Below, in pieces: positions 9,525 through 21,315 of a stretch of 64,000 bases of DNA (positions are counted from its first letter, which is position 1; each line of letters opens with the position of its first letter). The notes beneath the pieces are model-generated. The model ran no database searches and was not told where the DNA came from. It worked only from the letters and a program-made list of their open reading frames with translations. The translations under genes and the position numbers were made by a program. The stretch is from an uncultured delta proteobacterium (GTDB lineage: Bacteria; Desulfobacterota; RBG-13-43-22). The stretch covers positions 1 to 64,000 of the forward strand of contig CAVQFQ010000021.1 in assembly GCA_963711835.1 (NCBI GenBank), in the 5' to 3' direction.

Positions 9525-12500
9525 ATGAAAAATTTTGCCAAAAGCGTTCTCAATTATTTTGCGGCCTTCAATGAAACCCGGTTTCGTTTCAGCCGAAAAC
9601 TCCCCTATGAATGGACGGATGATCCCTATACCCTGGATTTATCCGTTTTCCCTGTTTTCCAAAAGCAACTCTTGGATTCCATTACCCAAGGAACACCGAT
9701 AACGATTGAAGTCCGGAAGGGCGACCATACCGTTTCCCTGGATTCGGAAGAGGTCAAAGAGAAATTAAATCCGGCCATTGATTTGAATCTAAACGCAGAA
9801 TTTCTAAAAACAGTTATTGAAAACAAGCGGACTCAAATTGCCGAGGCCTTTCCGGGTTTGGATCCACTGAGCTTCAGGCCAGAAGTTTTTCCGAAGGGTT
9901 GAGGGATTTCAACCTGGCTTTTCGCCGTTTGCTGGACCAGACTCTTACCGAATGCCAGGCCCAAAAAATCAAAGAACTGCAAATCCAATGGGGTTTTCAA
10001 CGGGTTCCCCCTTCATCCTTTAATCCCCAGCGTGAGGTTCAAAGGATTTATGATGAACTCCAAAAGCTGGCCCTTGATCAAACAACCCGGAAGGATATTA
10101 CCAGGCCTTTATAGTCCATATTAAAGACCAGGATTTGAACTTTGTAATTTTCGATCTCCATCCAATCTTCAGGCGATATTCTCAACTTATCACCACCCAA
10201 TCCCTTTATATTTTTTTCCATGAAATCGCAAAAGACGAGCAGAAATACCCCCTTTTTTCCGTGGAAATCTCTATCCGGGATGGCGAGCAAAGCGTCTGGA
10301 TCGAATCGCTGCGTAACGTCATCATGCTCAATTCTCCGGCGATTAATAATTTTGAATTTGACAGCATTCTGACCACCCCTCGGGCCTGCCGGTTTGAAGA
10401 TGGCAGATACCGAACTCTCCACCATTCAACGATTCTTTCAAGCCAAATATAATGTTTCAGAGCCTTTTCTTGTTTCTGCCCATTTCCAACCCCTGGTTAG
10501 TGAAGGGCTACCGACTGTCAGTTTTCGAATTGGTTTGCAGTCCGTTAAAGAAGAGGACCGAAGGATTCTGGATTATTCGGAATTGCTGACCAATCTGGAC
10601 CAAGGCCCAGGCCGGAAATTTATTGACCTTGTCTCCCAATATATTGAGGGAAATGTAAAAAATTTATCTGACGAGGTCTATCAAAACTATATCCAACATT
10701 ACCCCAGGAAATCAATAGACAGGTTGATCCCCCTCCGCCTGACCATCCCGCTCAGCCTGAATGAAACCCAAAAGAAAATCCTGACTGCCGTTGAAAACCA
10801 GAAAAGCGAACTGATCGTCAGTGGACGGCCCTCCCGGAACCGGGAAGTCTTATACCATCACGGCCATCGTTTATTTGGCCAACCAGTTGGGAAAATCAGT
10901 GGTCATAACCTCCCATAAAAAACAGGCCCTTGATGTGATTGATCAAGTGCTGACTGAGCAGTTCAAAAATCTCCATCCCAAGTCCAAACCGTCTATCCTC
11001 AGAATCCAGCGAGCCAGCGAACCCCAAAGTTTAAACAGCCTTCAAAATACCCTCTCAACGGTAGTAATAAATGCCGCCAGGTCCCGATCTCAGACAATGA
11101 ACCAGGAAGCCGTCGCCCATGATCGCCTCCACCTGGTTGAAGAAATCAAAGAAGACGTCGATAAGTACTGGAAGGAAATAACTCATTATGATGAGGCCGT
11201 TCAGAAAACCTTTGAGCTGGCCCGCCTTCAGGAAGTGCTTTTTGGGCCAGATCCAGTTCCTTCGGATGTCCTTCCTGCCCGCCTCCCCGAGGGCACACAG
11301 ATCAATCTGGACCGTATTCAGAACCTCTTACCCTGGCTGGCCAATGTTTCCATCCCTTTATCGTTAGAAGCCCTGCTCTTTTTTTCCAAAAATCGGGATG
11401 GCCTCCCGGATATTCTAAGCAAATGCGAACAACTGAACCAGCTAACTACCATATTGCCCGACGGGATTATTGTTCGGATAGAATCAGTTCCTGTTGAATT
11501 CCGGCCATTAAAGGATTTGGTGGATCAACTTTTAAAATACCTTCAAAATAATACCCCCTTAAATATGGTAGTCTTAGATGGGCTTAACTTGACCCCCCCA
11601 AGCGATATCGACAGGACCCTGTTCCCTTCATACGAGGTATTAATTGAAGTAAGGGGCGATCGTTTCACGTTTGGCCGAATTAGAAGGAAAGTTCCTGGGG
11701 AAAGTTCTTAAAGGCAAGGAGATTAAAGGAATTAAATCCTCCCTGGAAAAGGATCATCCCTCCGTTTACAATTGGATAGCCCGTGAGGGTTGTTCCTTAT
11801 CTTTAAACAAAGCCGAAAGCCTGGTCTCTTATCTGGATCAGACCCAGGCTGGGTTTCCTTTTCTTGCCAAAACCTACCTCCTGCATGGCTATGAGGAGTT
11901 CCCTCCCGAGGCATTGAACGTCATTATTAAAAAGCTGGCCAGTTTAGAATTTAATTCCGTAACCACTCTTTTAGCCGATTTGCTTGGAAAACCTTTTCCT
12001 CAGGCAACCCTATCTGAAATAAAGGAAAAGTTGAAATTATTGGAGGCGCTGGATCAGGTTATCAAGCTCCAGAATGATTTGCAGGCTTATTCCGCCCATC
12101 TGGGGATACTATTGGAAAACCTTCCCGTGTTTCATAAGGCACTTAAACATATCCATGACTTAACGAGCAAACTGTATCCGGAAGATCTGAAGGCCCTATC
12201 CGAATTATTTCAGTATTATGGTTTTTTTCTACATAGCCTCAACATTGAACCCCAGGATTTATCTACTCTTGGAAAACTGGCCGCCGAGCAGGAAAAAGCC
12301 GCCCATATCCTGCAATATATCCGGGTGCATACCGCCCTCTCGGCTTTTTCCATAACCCTGCCGCCTGCCAAAGCCCGTTTGGACGATTATTTTACCAAGA
12401 CCCAAAAATTGCTTGAACATCAGACCGACCTCCGATTCAGTCAACTCCTTCACCACGCCGCCGATATTCAGCGTATTCAAACCGCTATGGCCGCAGGAAA

Positions 12501-14063
12501 ACGTATTACCCCGGAGCAGGCTCAGGTCCTGCTGTGCCAACTTATCCTGCATTCTTTCCGATCCCGGCCTGATCGCCCAATATTTCCCCATGGAAGCCGA
12601 CCTGATCGACCTGCTTGATCATCGACGAAGCCTCCCAGGTCTCCATTGCCGAATCCATTTCCCTGATGCTCCGGGCCAAGCAGACCATCGTCTTTGGCGA
12701 CGAACTCCAGTACGGCGCCGTCGGGGCCGTCAATGTCTCTCAGCGTTATTCGCAGTTACTATTTCAAAGACATCCTGCGCGATTTTGCCCTGGACCGAAA
12801 TCAGGACTATTTCCGAGGAAGAAAAAGAGCGGATCGCCCGGGAGGCATCCGAAACCCCTTCCGAGGAGGAAGAGGAATCCAGCCGCCTCATCCCAGTAGA
12901 ACCGGGAACCCGGGAATGGCTAAAGACCTTCAGCGTCCGCACCTCCACACTGGCCTTTGCCAAAGCCCTGCAAAATTATTCGCGAATCCTTAACGGTCCA
13001 TTTTCGCAGCTTTCCGGAAATCATCAGCTACTCCAATGAATTCTTTTACAAGGAAAGCCAGATCGAGCTGATCCCCAACCGGATCCGGACCAAGCCGATC
13101 CAGGAGGTCCTCCGATTTATTACGGTTGATACCCAGGGCAATTCCGGCCGGAATGTGAATCTGGACGAAATCGAGGCCATTCAAAAGGACCTCATCGAAA
13201 TGTTTCAAAACGGCTACAAGGGAACCATCGGCGTCATTTGTTCGTTCCAGGAACAGACCGCCCGCATGGAAGAGCTCTTTCGAAAGGAGACTGCCCATCT
13301 ATCCCGATCTGGTTCGAAATCATAAGCTTCACCATCTGGTTTGTCGGCGATGTCCAGGGAGAAGAACGGGACATGGTCTATTACTCCTTTGTCCAGGACA
13401 AAAAGCTGGACAATGCCGACCTGAAATCCATCTATCCCACCATCGGCGGGACCGCCGACAACATCCGCCGCCTGAAAATGCAGCGACTCAATGTGGGCTT
13501 CAGCCGGGCCAAGGATATCATGGTCTTCGTCCACAGCATGCCCTTAGCCGATTACAGCGACACCCGTCTGGGCGATGCCCTGCGCCACTACGAGAAGATC
13601 CCGCAACGCGGCCCAGGATCATTACATCGAGGACGAAAGCGTTTTCGGTTCGCCGGCCGAAAAAGAGCTTTACCGCTTATCACCCAGACGCGCTTTTTTC
13701 AGGAAAATCGGGACAAGCTCCGCCTGATCGCCCAGTTTGAGATCGGCAAGTACATCCGGGAGGAATACCATCGGAACATCCCCCGCTACCGCGTCGATTT
13801 CCTCCTGACCCGATCCAGGGCGGCAAGGAAAAATCGCTGATCCTCGAATACGACGGGGTGGAGTTCCATACCCAAAACCCGGACCTGGTGACCCGCCACA
13901 ATTTTGACCAGGAATATCTGGAATACGACGTCGAGCGGCAGTTGGAGCTGGAGAGCTACGGCTACTCTTTCTTGCGGATTAACAAGTTCTCTCTGATCCC
14001 GGACCGGAAGGCCGTCTACCGGTGGATGTTTTAAACGATTTGTTATCGAAAAGCTTCACATAA
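9525..14063 (+). CDS. Large SF1 (DNA2/NAM7/Upf1-like) helicase with C-terminal Vsr/DUF559-like nuclease, split by many frameshifts
   Basis: Ordered motifs across fragments: DGPPGTGKS, IIDEASQ, FGDELQ, VHFRS, DVQGEERD, RLNVGFSRAKD, then YRVDFLL...LILEYDGVEFH...ERQLELESYGYSFLRI. Confidence 0.8.
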
Positions 14064-14167
14064 AACAGGAGTCCCTTCACGTTTGAATCCATTTAACTAT
14101 CTGTTTTAATTTGATTTCATGTAATGGTTTTAGCAAATTTTTTAAAGCGTATGGCATAAATTTCCCC

Positions 14168-14203
14168 TTGACAATCAAGACTGTTGTATTAAAGTATACA
14201 ACA
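14168..14203 (+). promoter_or_regulatory. Sigma70 promoter with overlapping palindromic operator
   Basis: TTGACA at 14168; inverted repeat TGTTGTAT-taaagt-ATACAACA (14182-14203) brackets the -10-like hexamer. Confidence 0.65.
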
Positions 14204-14231
14204 AATCTAAAAGGAGGGGGGTGATACAGGT

Positions 14232-14606
14232 ATGGAGGTCGCCAGCGGATTTGGGGAATTTTTTAAAAAAAAGAGAAGGGATCTCGGGCTAACCCTACGT
14301 GAATTTTGTAGAATAAATGGATTCGATCCGGGAAACATAAGCAAAATAGAAAGGGGGCTTTTCGCCCCGCCGCAATCTCGGGAGAAGAGATTGGATTATG
14401 CCAAGGCTCTGGGGATTAAGGAGGGGACAGATGATTGGCTTGAATTTTGTGATTTAGCGGCGACCAGTATTGGAAAGATACCTTCGGATATTGTTTCTAA
14501 TCATGAACTAATGAACGCGCTTCCTGTTCTTTTTAGATCCATTAGGGGTAAAGGGGAAGACCCGGAAGCTGAAAAAGATAAACTAAAAAGCTCGTTGAAT
14601 CGATAA
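14232..14606 (+). CDS. XRE-family HTH transcriptional regulator
   Basis: RRDLGLTLREFCRINGFDPGNISKIERG HTH; GGAGG RBS. Confidence 0.85.
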   Translation: MEVASGFGEFFKKKRRDLGLTLREFCRINGFDPGNISKIERGLFAPPQSREKRLDYAKALGIKEGTDDWLEFCDLAATSIGKIPSDIVSNHELMNALPVLFRSIRGKGEDPEAEKDKLKSSLNR

Positions 14607-14619
14607 GAAAACAATTACG

Positions 14620-15258
14620 TTGAGTCCAAACATTCCCTATCTAACCTATACCGATATCGGCAGGAAGGCTCAGGAGTTCCTTAATAGTATTACCCTTCTC
14701 TTGAGCTTCCTATCCCCATTGAGCATATTATTGATGTCGAGTTGGGAATTGATATTTTCCCTTTTCCGAGATTATATAAGGATTTTGGACAAAATGGTTT
14801 TTTATCTCGGGATAGATCCAACATTTATGTTGATGAAATTCAATCAGAGGAATTTCCCGAGAAATATAGATTTAGTCTTGGCCCATGAACTCGGGCAATT
14901 CTTTTCATGAAGATTTTTACTGTGATCCACCATTCGAATCGGTGGCTGAATTTATTCAATGGAAATTATCAGTCCCTCAAGACGAAATCGGATGGTTCGA
15001 AACTCATGCTGACTGGTTCGCCGAACAAGTTTTGGTTCCGTTAACTTGCCTCGAAGCAACTTGCTAGAAGTCATTGAAAATTATCAGCATATTTTTTCGC
15101 AATTTAAAGTAATTCCGGATGATTTTTGGTCATATATCTCTAAAGAAGTGGCACGTCCATTTGAAGTTAATCCACCCGTAATTGAACTACGAATAAAAAG
15201 ATCAGGCCTTGCCGATAGTATCTCTATAATTAAAAATACTGAAAATATTAATCCATGA
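14620..15258 (+). CDS. ImmA/IrrE (DUF955) metallopeptidase, frameshifted into several pieces
   Basis: RF-S-LAHELG (HExxH-type) region and E-x-x-A-x-x-FA-x-x-x-L-x-P motif (ETHADWFAEQVLVP); follows the XRE gene. Confidence 0.7.
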
Positions 15259-15364
15259 AAAAGAATATCGGTTAAAAAGCCCTTACGACCTGACCTTCAT
15301 CACCAATGAAGAAAGCTAATATCTCTTGGAACGTTTCAAGGTTTTGATCAAGGACACCCGCTCT

Positions 15365-15490
15365 TTTGATTGTAGCGGATTGGCATGGGGATCAAGAGAA
15401 TGAGAGAGGCGGTGACCGGGGCCGGGTTAAAGGAACCCGAGTTTGAAACCGATGGCTTTTTCAGGGCGGTTTTTATAGACCTTTCAAAGG
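15365..15490 (+). pseudogene. Fragment of a HATPase_c_4 (RecG C-terminal-like) regulator gene
   Basis: Translates as IGMGIKRMREAVTGAGLKEPEFETDGFFRAVF; no start; ends about 20 bp before the IS21 left end. Confidence 0.55.
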
Positions 15491-15517
15491 GGGTCGCGCT
15501 TATCCCCCCCTGTTAAT

Positions 15518-15667
15518 GATCGCTGCTATAGTGCCATTTGAGGATCGCCGTAATCGAGCCACCTGAAGATCGCCGCAATGGAGCCAGTCCATGATCGCCG
15601 TAATGAGGCCAGTCGATGATCGGCGTAATGGAGCCACTCGGTGATCGGCGCAATCGCGCCAGGTGGA
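15518..15667 (+). repeat. Six tandem 25-bp IS21 left-end repeats
   Basis: GATC at 15518, 15543, 15568, 15593, 15618, 15643; consensus GATCG(C/G)CG(T/C)AATGGAGCCA; two inverted copies at 18127-18170. Confidence 0.88.
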
Positions 15668-15739
15668 TTAAAAAGCGTCTCGGACCTGTGCTGTAAATCG
15701 GGTAGACTTCCCGGAAAATCGTTGACCGGGAGGGCTGCC

Positions 15740-17273
15740 ATGAGCAACAGGAGGATCGAGATGTTTCATTACCGACAGGCTATCTTTGCGATGCGCCAGG
15801 GCGCCAGCGATCGGCAGATCGCCAAGTCCAAACTCATGGGCCGATTGAAGTGCGGCCAGGTTCGGGAGATCGCCGAGCAGAAAGGCTGGCTGTTGCCCGT
15901 GCCCCTTCCGGAAGACCGGGTGCTGGCCCAAACCTTCGAAAGTCAAAAACCCAATCCCACCCACCAGTCCCTGGTGGAGACCCATGCCGAACAGGTCGAA
16001 CGGTGGTGGCAGGACGGGATCAAGGGCACGACCATTCACCAGGCCCTGGTCAACCGGTTCGGATTTACCGGGGCCTATTCCTCGGTCAGGCGGTATTTAA
16101 AAAAGCTGCACCGGGACCATCCCCAGGCCACCTGTATGCTGGAGTTCGAGCCGGGGGAAGCCGCCCAAGTGGACTTCGGCCAGGGGCCGGTAATCACCGA
16201 CGCCTGGACCGGCGAGGTGATCAAGACCTGGATTTTCATCATGACCTTATGCTACAGCCGGCATATGTATGCCGAGATCGTCCCGGACCAGAAGTTAGGC
16301 ACCTGGCTGGGCTGCCACCGACGAGCCCTGGAATGGTTCGGCGGGGTCACGCTTAAAATGATCATCGACAATACCAAGTGCGCCATCACCCGGGCCTGCT
16401 ACTATGATCCGGAAGTCCAGCGTTCCTACGGGGACCTGGCGGAGGGCTACGGCTTTTTGATCGCTCCCTGCCCGCCGCGGGATCCCCAGAAGAAGGGGCG
16501 CGTGGAATCGAGTGTTAAATATGTCAAAAACGCCTTTGTGCCTTTACGTGAGTTCCGGTCCCTGGAAGACGCCAATGTCCAGCTAAAAACCTGGCTGCTG
16601 GAGGTGGCCGGGAACCGGACCCATGGAACCACCCACCAAAAGCCTTTAACTCTGTTCGCGGAAACCGAGAAGCATCTATTGCGCCGGCTGCCCGATGTGC
16701 CGCCGGAACTGTCGGTCTGGACCCGGGTCAAACTGCACGGCAACTGCCATGTCCAGTTCGAAAAGGCCTATTACTCCGCCCCGTATCCACTGGTCCATCG
16801 GGAGCTGTGGCTCAAGGCGACGGATACCACGGTGAAGCTGCACCACAACCTGGAACTGGTGGCGGTCCATCCCCGGCTGCGGAAACCCGGCGCCCGGTCC
16901 ACGGTCCCGGACCACTTGCCGCCGGAGGCGGTGGCCTATCTCATGCAGGACCCCCAACGGTGCCTGCGGGATTCCGAAGCGGTGGGGCCGCACTGCCATC
17001 GCTTCATACAGGAGTTATTCAGCCACCGGGTCCTGGACAACCTGCGGGCTGCCCAAGGCACCCTGAAGCTGGGACGGCAGTATGGAACCCGGCGGCTGGA
17101 AAGCGCCTGTCAGCGGGCCCTGTTTTTTGGCGACATCCGCTATCAGGCCTTAAAAAGCATCCTGGCCAAAGGGTCTCGATCAGCAGCCTCTGGCCGAACC
17201 CGATCGGCCGCTTTCGGCCTCCTACACTTCCGGACGCTTTGTCCGCCCCGGCGCTGAGCTGTGGGTCCATTAG
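15740..17273 (+). CDS. istA: IS21 DDE transposase, frameshift near 17171
   Basis: EPGEAAQVDFG, IIDNTKCA, PQKKGRVESSVKYVK, HGTT, YYSAPY; corrected tail LAKGLDQQPL...LWVH*. Confidence 0.92.
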
Positions 17274-17284
17274 GAGGTGCGCCG

Positions 17285-18076
17285 ATGAACCCTATGCCCG
17301 AGTTGACCCCTATGCTCAAGCAGCTTAGGCTGTCCGGGATCCTGGACTCCCTGGAGACCCGGAACCGCCAGGCCATCGAGGAGAAGTTCTCCCATATGGA
17401 CTTCCTGGCCACCATCCTTCAGGATGAGATCGCCCGGAGGACCCAGAAGCGGTTTGCCTCGGCCCTGCGCCGGGCCAACTTCCGCAACCAGAAGACCCTG
17501 GAGGAGTTCGACTTCACCTTCAACCCCAACATCAACCGCGCCCTGGTCCTGGACCTGGCCTCCTGCCGGTTTCTCCAGGAAAAGGTCTGTGTCTTCGTCG
17601 TCGGCCCCTGCGGTACCGGCAAAAGCCATATCGCCCAGGCTCTGGGGCATGCCGCCATCCGGGTCGGTTATGACGTCCTGTTCACCACCCAGTCCAAGAT
17701 GCTCAACCAACTCCAGGCGGCCCGGGCCACCAATAGCTATGACCGGCACTTTGCCAAACTGGCCGCGGTGGATCTGCTCATCATCGACGACTTTGGACTC
17801 AAGCCATTAAAGACCTCTCAGGATGAGGATTTTCATGAGGTGGTGGCCGAGCGGTACGAGCGAAGAAGCACGATCGTTACCTCCAACCTGGATATCCCGG
17901 AGTGGGTGGATGCCTTTCCCAACCGGATCCTGGGTGCCGCCACCATTGACCGGCTCCGGCACGGGGCCTATAAAATCCTCCTGGAGGGCAAAAGCTATCG
18001 CGCCCCCCAGGGGCCAAAAACGCCAAAACCAACGACCTCTAAAATCAGAGAAAAACGCCACCGAAAAAGGAGGTGA
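17285..18076 (+). CDS. istB: IS21 helper AAA+ ATPase
   Basis: KTLEEFDF, GPCGTGKSH, LLIIDDFG, IVTSNL, AATIDRLRH, GKSYR. Confidence 0.95.
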   Translation: MNPMPELTPMLKQLRLSGILDSLETRNRQAIEEKFSHMDFLATILQDEIARRTQKRFASALRRANFRNQKTLEEFDFTFNPNINRALVLDLASCRFLQEKVCVFVVGPCGTGKSHIAQALGHAAIRVGYDVLFTTQSKMLNQLQAARATNSYDRHFAKLAAVDLLIIDDFGLKPLKTSQDEDFHEVVAERYERRSTIVTSNLDIPEWVDAFPNRILGAATIDRLRHGAYKILLEGKSYRAPQGPKTPKPTTSKIREKRHRKRR

Positions 18077-18244
18077 AAAAGCCTAATTGCCAAGGGTGTC
18101 CGAGACGCCTTTTTGACCACTTCAAAGTGGCTCCATTACGGCGGACATGGGTGGCGCCATTAGGGTGATCATTGACACAATCTGAGAAAGCAGGATGCCG
18201 ATAAAAGGGCCAGATAGATCCTTAATGATTTCACAAGAGGAAGA

Positions 18245-18316
18245 GCATAATAATGCCATGCACACAGATGGAAATTCCGCTATGCTCCATTCTCTCCAGC
18301 GATGGCCCAGTTGATA
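18245..18316 (+). repeat. Degenerate integron attC-like site
   Basis: GCATAAT (decayed inverse core containing a TAA stop)...GCCATGCAC...GCGATGGC...GTTGATA; arms pair with one extrahelical G. Confidence 0.45.
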
Positions 18317-18602
18317 ACTTTAAAATCGTAATAATTAATTCAAGCAAAAACTAATGGCGAAGACTTGTAAATGAAGTCCTAATATGGACCTTCTGGAAAC
18401 CACAGCAGACTATGTTCCTGAGCTTTGGTCTGGAAGGTAGTCTTTATAACTGGAAGCGCTTGCAAGAGGTAGTTTCTAATAATTAGTGCAAGTTAGTTTT
18501 TCCAGGAAATGGCGGTAAATCAATAACATATAATTAGATAAATAGTTATCTATTGAGAGAGTTTCCGATTCCCATGCACTTCCGCCAATAAAAAATAGGC
18601 TC

Positions 18603-20026
18603 TCAAAGCTGCTCCGATTCGGCCTTTTTTTGACGCCAGCGCTGGTATCGAAAAACCTGGGCATAGGTCCGCACGGCCCGCTCGACCGAATCAAAAAAGG
18701 GAATTCCGGCTTGGCAAAATTGCCGGCTCAGGTTGAAATCACGACCGGGTGTCCTCACCATCACCAGCGGCTTCCCGCAATCCTGCCGGACCCCGAACAT
18801 GTATTGAACAAAGGTCTGATTATCCTCCGGGCTCAGGCCGCCTCCGATAATCACCAGTGCATCAACCCCGGGATCCCGGGCAACCCATTCGGCGGCCCGT
18901 TTAAAAATGGTCAGATCGAAATGGCCGCTCAGACTCACATCAACGGGATTCTGCAGGCTGGTGCCGGTGGAGGGGACAAACTCGGCCAACCGGGTCTTGG
19001 TCGGCTTCGGAAAGGGAGGCGAGAGCGAGTCCTTCATTCCCGCAGGCCTCGGCGGCCGATACAGCCAGCCCGCCGGGACCTGAAATAACCGCCAGATTCC
19101 GGCCGAGATTTTCCGGCAACAAGGAAAAACCCATCAGGGCATCGACCCAGGCCTCAAACCCGACTGCGGGAATTACTCCGGCCTGACGTTCCACCGCCTG
19201 CCGAGACCTTTTTTCGAGAACCGGCCAGGGCGCCGGTATGAGGAGCCAAGGCCCGGGAACCCTACGGCGTCAAACCCACTCCAGATAATCACCGGCTTTT
19301 TCAGAGAAGCCTGTTGAAGCGCCCCCAGAAAATCCGGGCCGTTCTTGATGCCTTCAATATAAGCACCAATAAGCCCGGTCTCCGGATCGTGGCCCAAATA
19401 GGTCAAAAAGTCGACGGTCAGATCGCCGTCATTTCCCGAACTGATCACCTTGCTGAAACGGATCCCTTTCCCGGAGGCCAGCCTCCCCAGGATATTGGTC
19501 AGGGAGCCGCTGTGGGAAACGATTCCGACCGGCCCGGTTTCCTTGGAAACCCCGGGGAAAAATGAAAGCCCTGTTTTCGGACAATAGAGGCCCATCCCGT
19601 TGGGGCCGATAGGCGCCGCCGCATCCCGGCCCGTCGCGCCAGGCGCACCAGTTCCTCCTCCAGGGCCTTGCCTTCCGCGGTTCCGGTCTCGGTGTATCCG
19701 GCGGTGAAAAGGACCGCGCCTTTGACCCCCCTTGGCGGCACACTCCCTGACGACCGCCAAAGAATTCTGGTGAGGCACGAGTACAATGGCCAGATCCACG
19801 GGCCGGGAATAGCGGCCAGGCCGGGATAGGTCTTGAGCCCGCTGATTTCTTCGGCCCGATCACCGGGTAAATCGGGCCGGGGAAACCCCTGCTCCAAAAG
19901 GGCGGTCAGAAAAACAGCCCCGGTTTTCATCCCTCGGGGGGCGCCTACGACAGCGATGGACCGAGGATGGAACAAGTCATCGATCTGGGCGATCAGGGCC
20001 GGGTCGGATTTCATCTGGGGAAACAA
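18603..20026 (-). CDS. Acyl-CoA synthetase (NDP-forming) alpha-like CoA-binding protein, heavily frameshifted
   Basis: FHPRSIAVVGA, IGPNGMGLY, VSHSGSL, VISSGN, YIEGIKNG, ISGPGGLAVSAAEAC, QNPVDV motifs spread over several frames. Confidence 0.8.
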
Positions 20027-20169
20027 TCTCTCCTTCGGCTATTTAAACGCAAAATAATACCCTCCTCTTTCCGGATGGCCGGGATGCTTTTCCGGTTTCA
20101 TCGGCGGAAGGCTCCGCCACGGCGAATCTTTCCTTTATCCTGGCTTCGGCATTTCAAGCCAGGCGGCGA

Positions 20170-21315
20170 TTATAGATCCATCATCTTGGCGATGACGCCT
20201 TTCATGATCTCGGTGGTCCCGGCATAGATGGTGGCGGCCCGGATGTCCCGGTACCACCGGCTGATTTCATATTCGTCCATGTAGCCATAGCCGCCGTGCA
20301 ACTGGACGCACTGGTAGGCCACCCGGTTGGCCATCTCGGCAATCCACCACTTGGCCATAGACACCTTCTTGACGATGTCCTTCCCCTCCAGGTGGTCGGC
20401 CAATAAATCGTCCACAAAGGTCCGGCCCAATTCGATCTCAGTGGCCATTTCCACAATCTTAAAGGAATTATGCTGGAAAAGGCTGATGGGCCGGCCGAAG
20501 GCTTCCCGGCTCCGGCAATAGGCGATGGTCTGCTCCAGCATAATCTCCGCCGCCACCTGAGACCGCAAAACCACGATCAGGCGTTCCTGCTGCAGTTTTT
20601 CCATAAGATAGACAAATCCCCGGCCCTCCTCACCCAGGAGATTGGATCGGGGAACCCGGCAGTCCTCGAAAAAAAGCTCGGCCGTATCCTGAAACCCCAG
20701 CCCCATTTTTTTGAGTTTGCGCCCTTTGACAAAGCCAGGCGTCCCGGCTTCTACGACGATCAGGCTGATCCCCTTGTAGGCCGGTTTGGCCGTCGTATCG
20801 GTCTTGCAGGCCACAATAACCAAATCGCAACAATGGCCGTTGGTGATAAAGGTCTTCTGGCCGTTAAGGAGGTAATCATCCCCTGCTTTTACGGCCCGGG
20901 TTCGGATGGCCTGCAGGTCCGATCCGGCCCCCGGTTCGGTCATGGCCACGGCCGTAACCATCTCTCCCGTGGTGCAACCGGGCAGCCACTGGTTCTTTTG
21001 ATCCTCGGTCCCGTAGGCCTCAAGATAAGGGACGACAATGTCATTATGTAGGGAAACGGAGAAACCCATGGCCCGGACCCGGCTCATTTCTTCGTTGATA
21101 ATTACCGAATAGCGGAAATCGGCGCCCGAACCTCCGTATTTTTCTTCCAGCCAGGGGCAGAGATAACCCTGCTCCCCCATTTTCCTCCAGGCGCTGCGGG
21201 GCACCTCGGCCTGGGCTTCCCATTCATCCAGATGGGGAACGACTTCTTTTTCCAGATATTTGCGAAAAGCCGTGCGGAATATCTCATGGTCCTCGGTGAA
21301 GATTTTTCGTGACAT
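20170..21315 (-). CDS. Acyl-CoA dehydrogenase
   Basis: AMTEPGAGSDL, NGQKTFITNG, DTAELFF, QLHGGYGYM, IYAGTTEIMK. Confidence 0.95.
   Translation of the reverse strand: MSRKIFTEDHEIFRTAFRKYLEKEVVPHLDEWEAQAEVPRSAWRKMGEQGYLCPWLEEKYGGSGADFRYSVIINEEMSRVRAMGFSVSLHNDIVVPYLEAYGTEDQKNQWLPGCTTGEMVTAVAMTEPGAGSDLQAIRTRAVKAGDDYLLNGQKTFITNGHCCDLVIVACKTDTTAKPAYKGISLIVVEAGTPGFVKGRKLKKMGLGFQDTAELFFEDCRVPRSNLLGEEGRGFVYLMEKLQQERLIVVLRSQVAAEIMLEQTIAYCRSREAFGRPISLFQHNSFKIVEMATEIELGRTFVDDLLADHLEGKDIVKKVSMAKWWIAEMANRVAYQCVQLHGGYGYMDEYEISRWYRDIRAATIYAGTTEIMKGVIAKMMDL

Larger units (their letters stand above)
15511..18177 (+). mobile_element. IS21-family insertion sequence
   Basis: Ends TGTTAATGATC... and ...GATCATTGACA (TG...CA); istA and istB; subterminal 24-25-bp repeats at both ends; no target duplication. 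Confidence 0.93.

Noticed and set aside
15518-15667. Regular repeats resembling a mini CRISPR array
   Set aside because: 25-bp tandem units with no unique spacers, inside the IS21 end and mirrored at the other end; no cas genes.
5500-18600. Intact prophage or ICE at tRNA-Thr
   Set aside because: No integrase, structural or conjugation genes, and no tRNA 3' duplication found.
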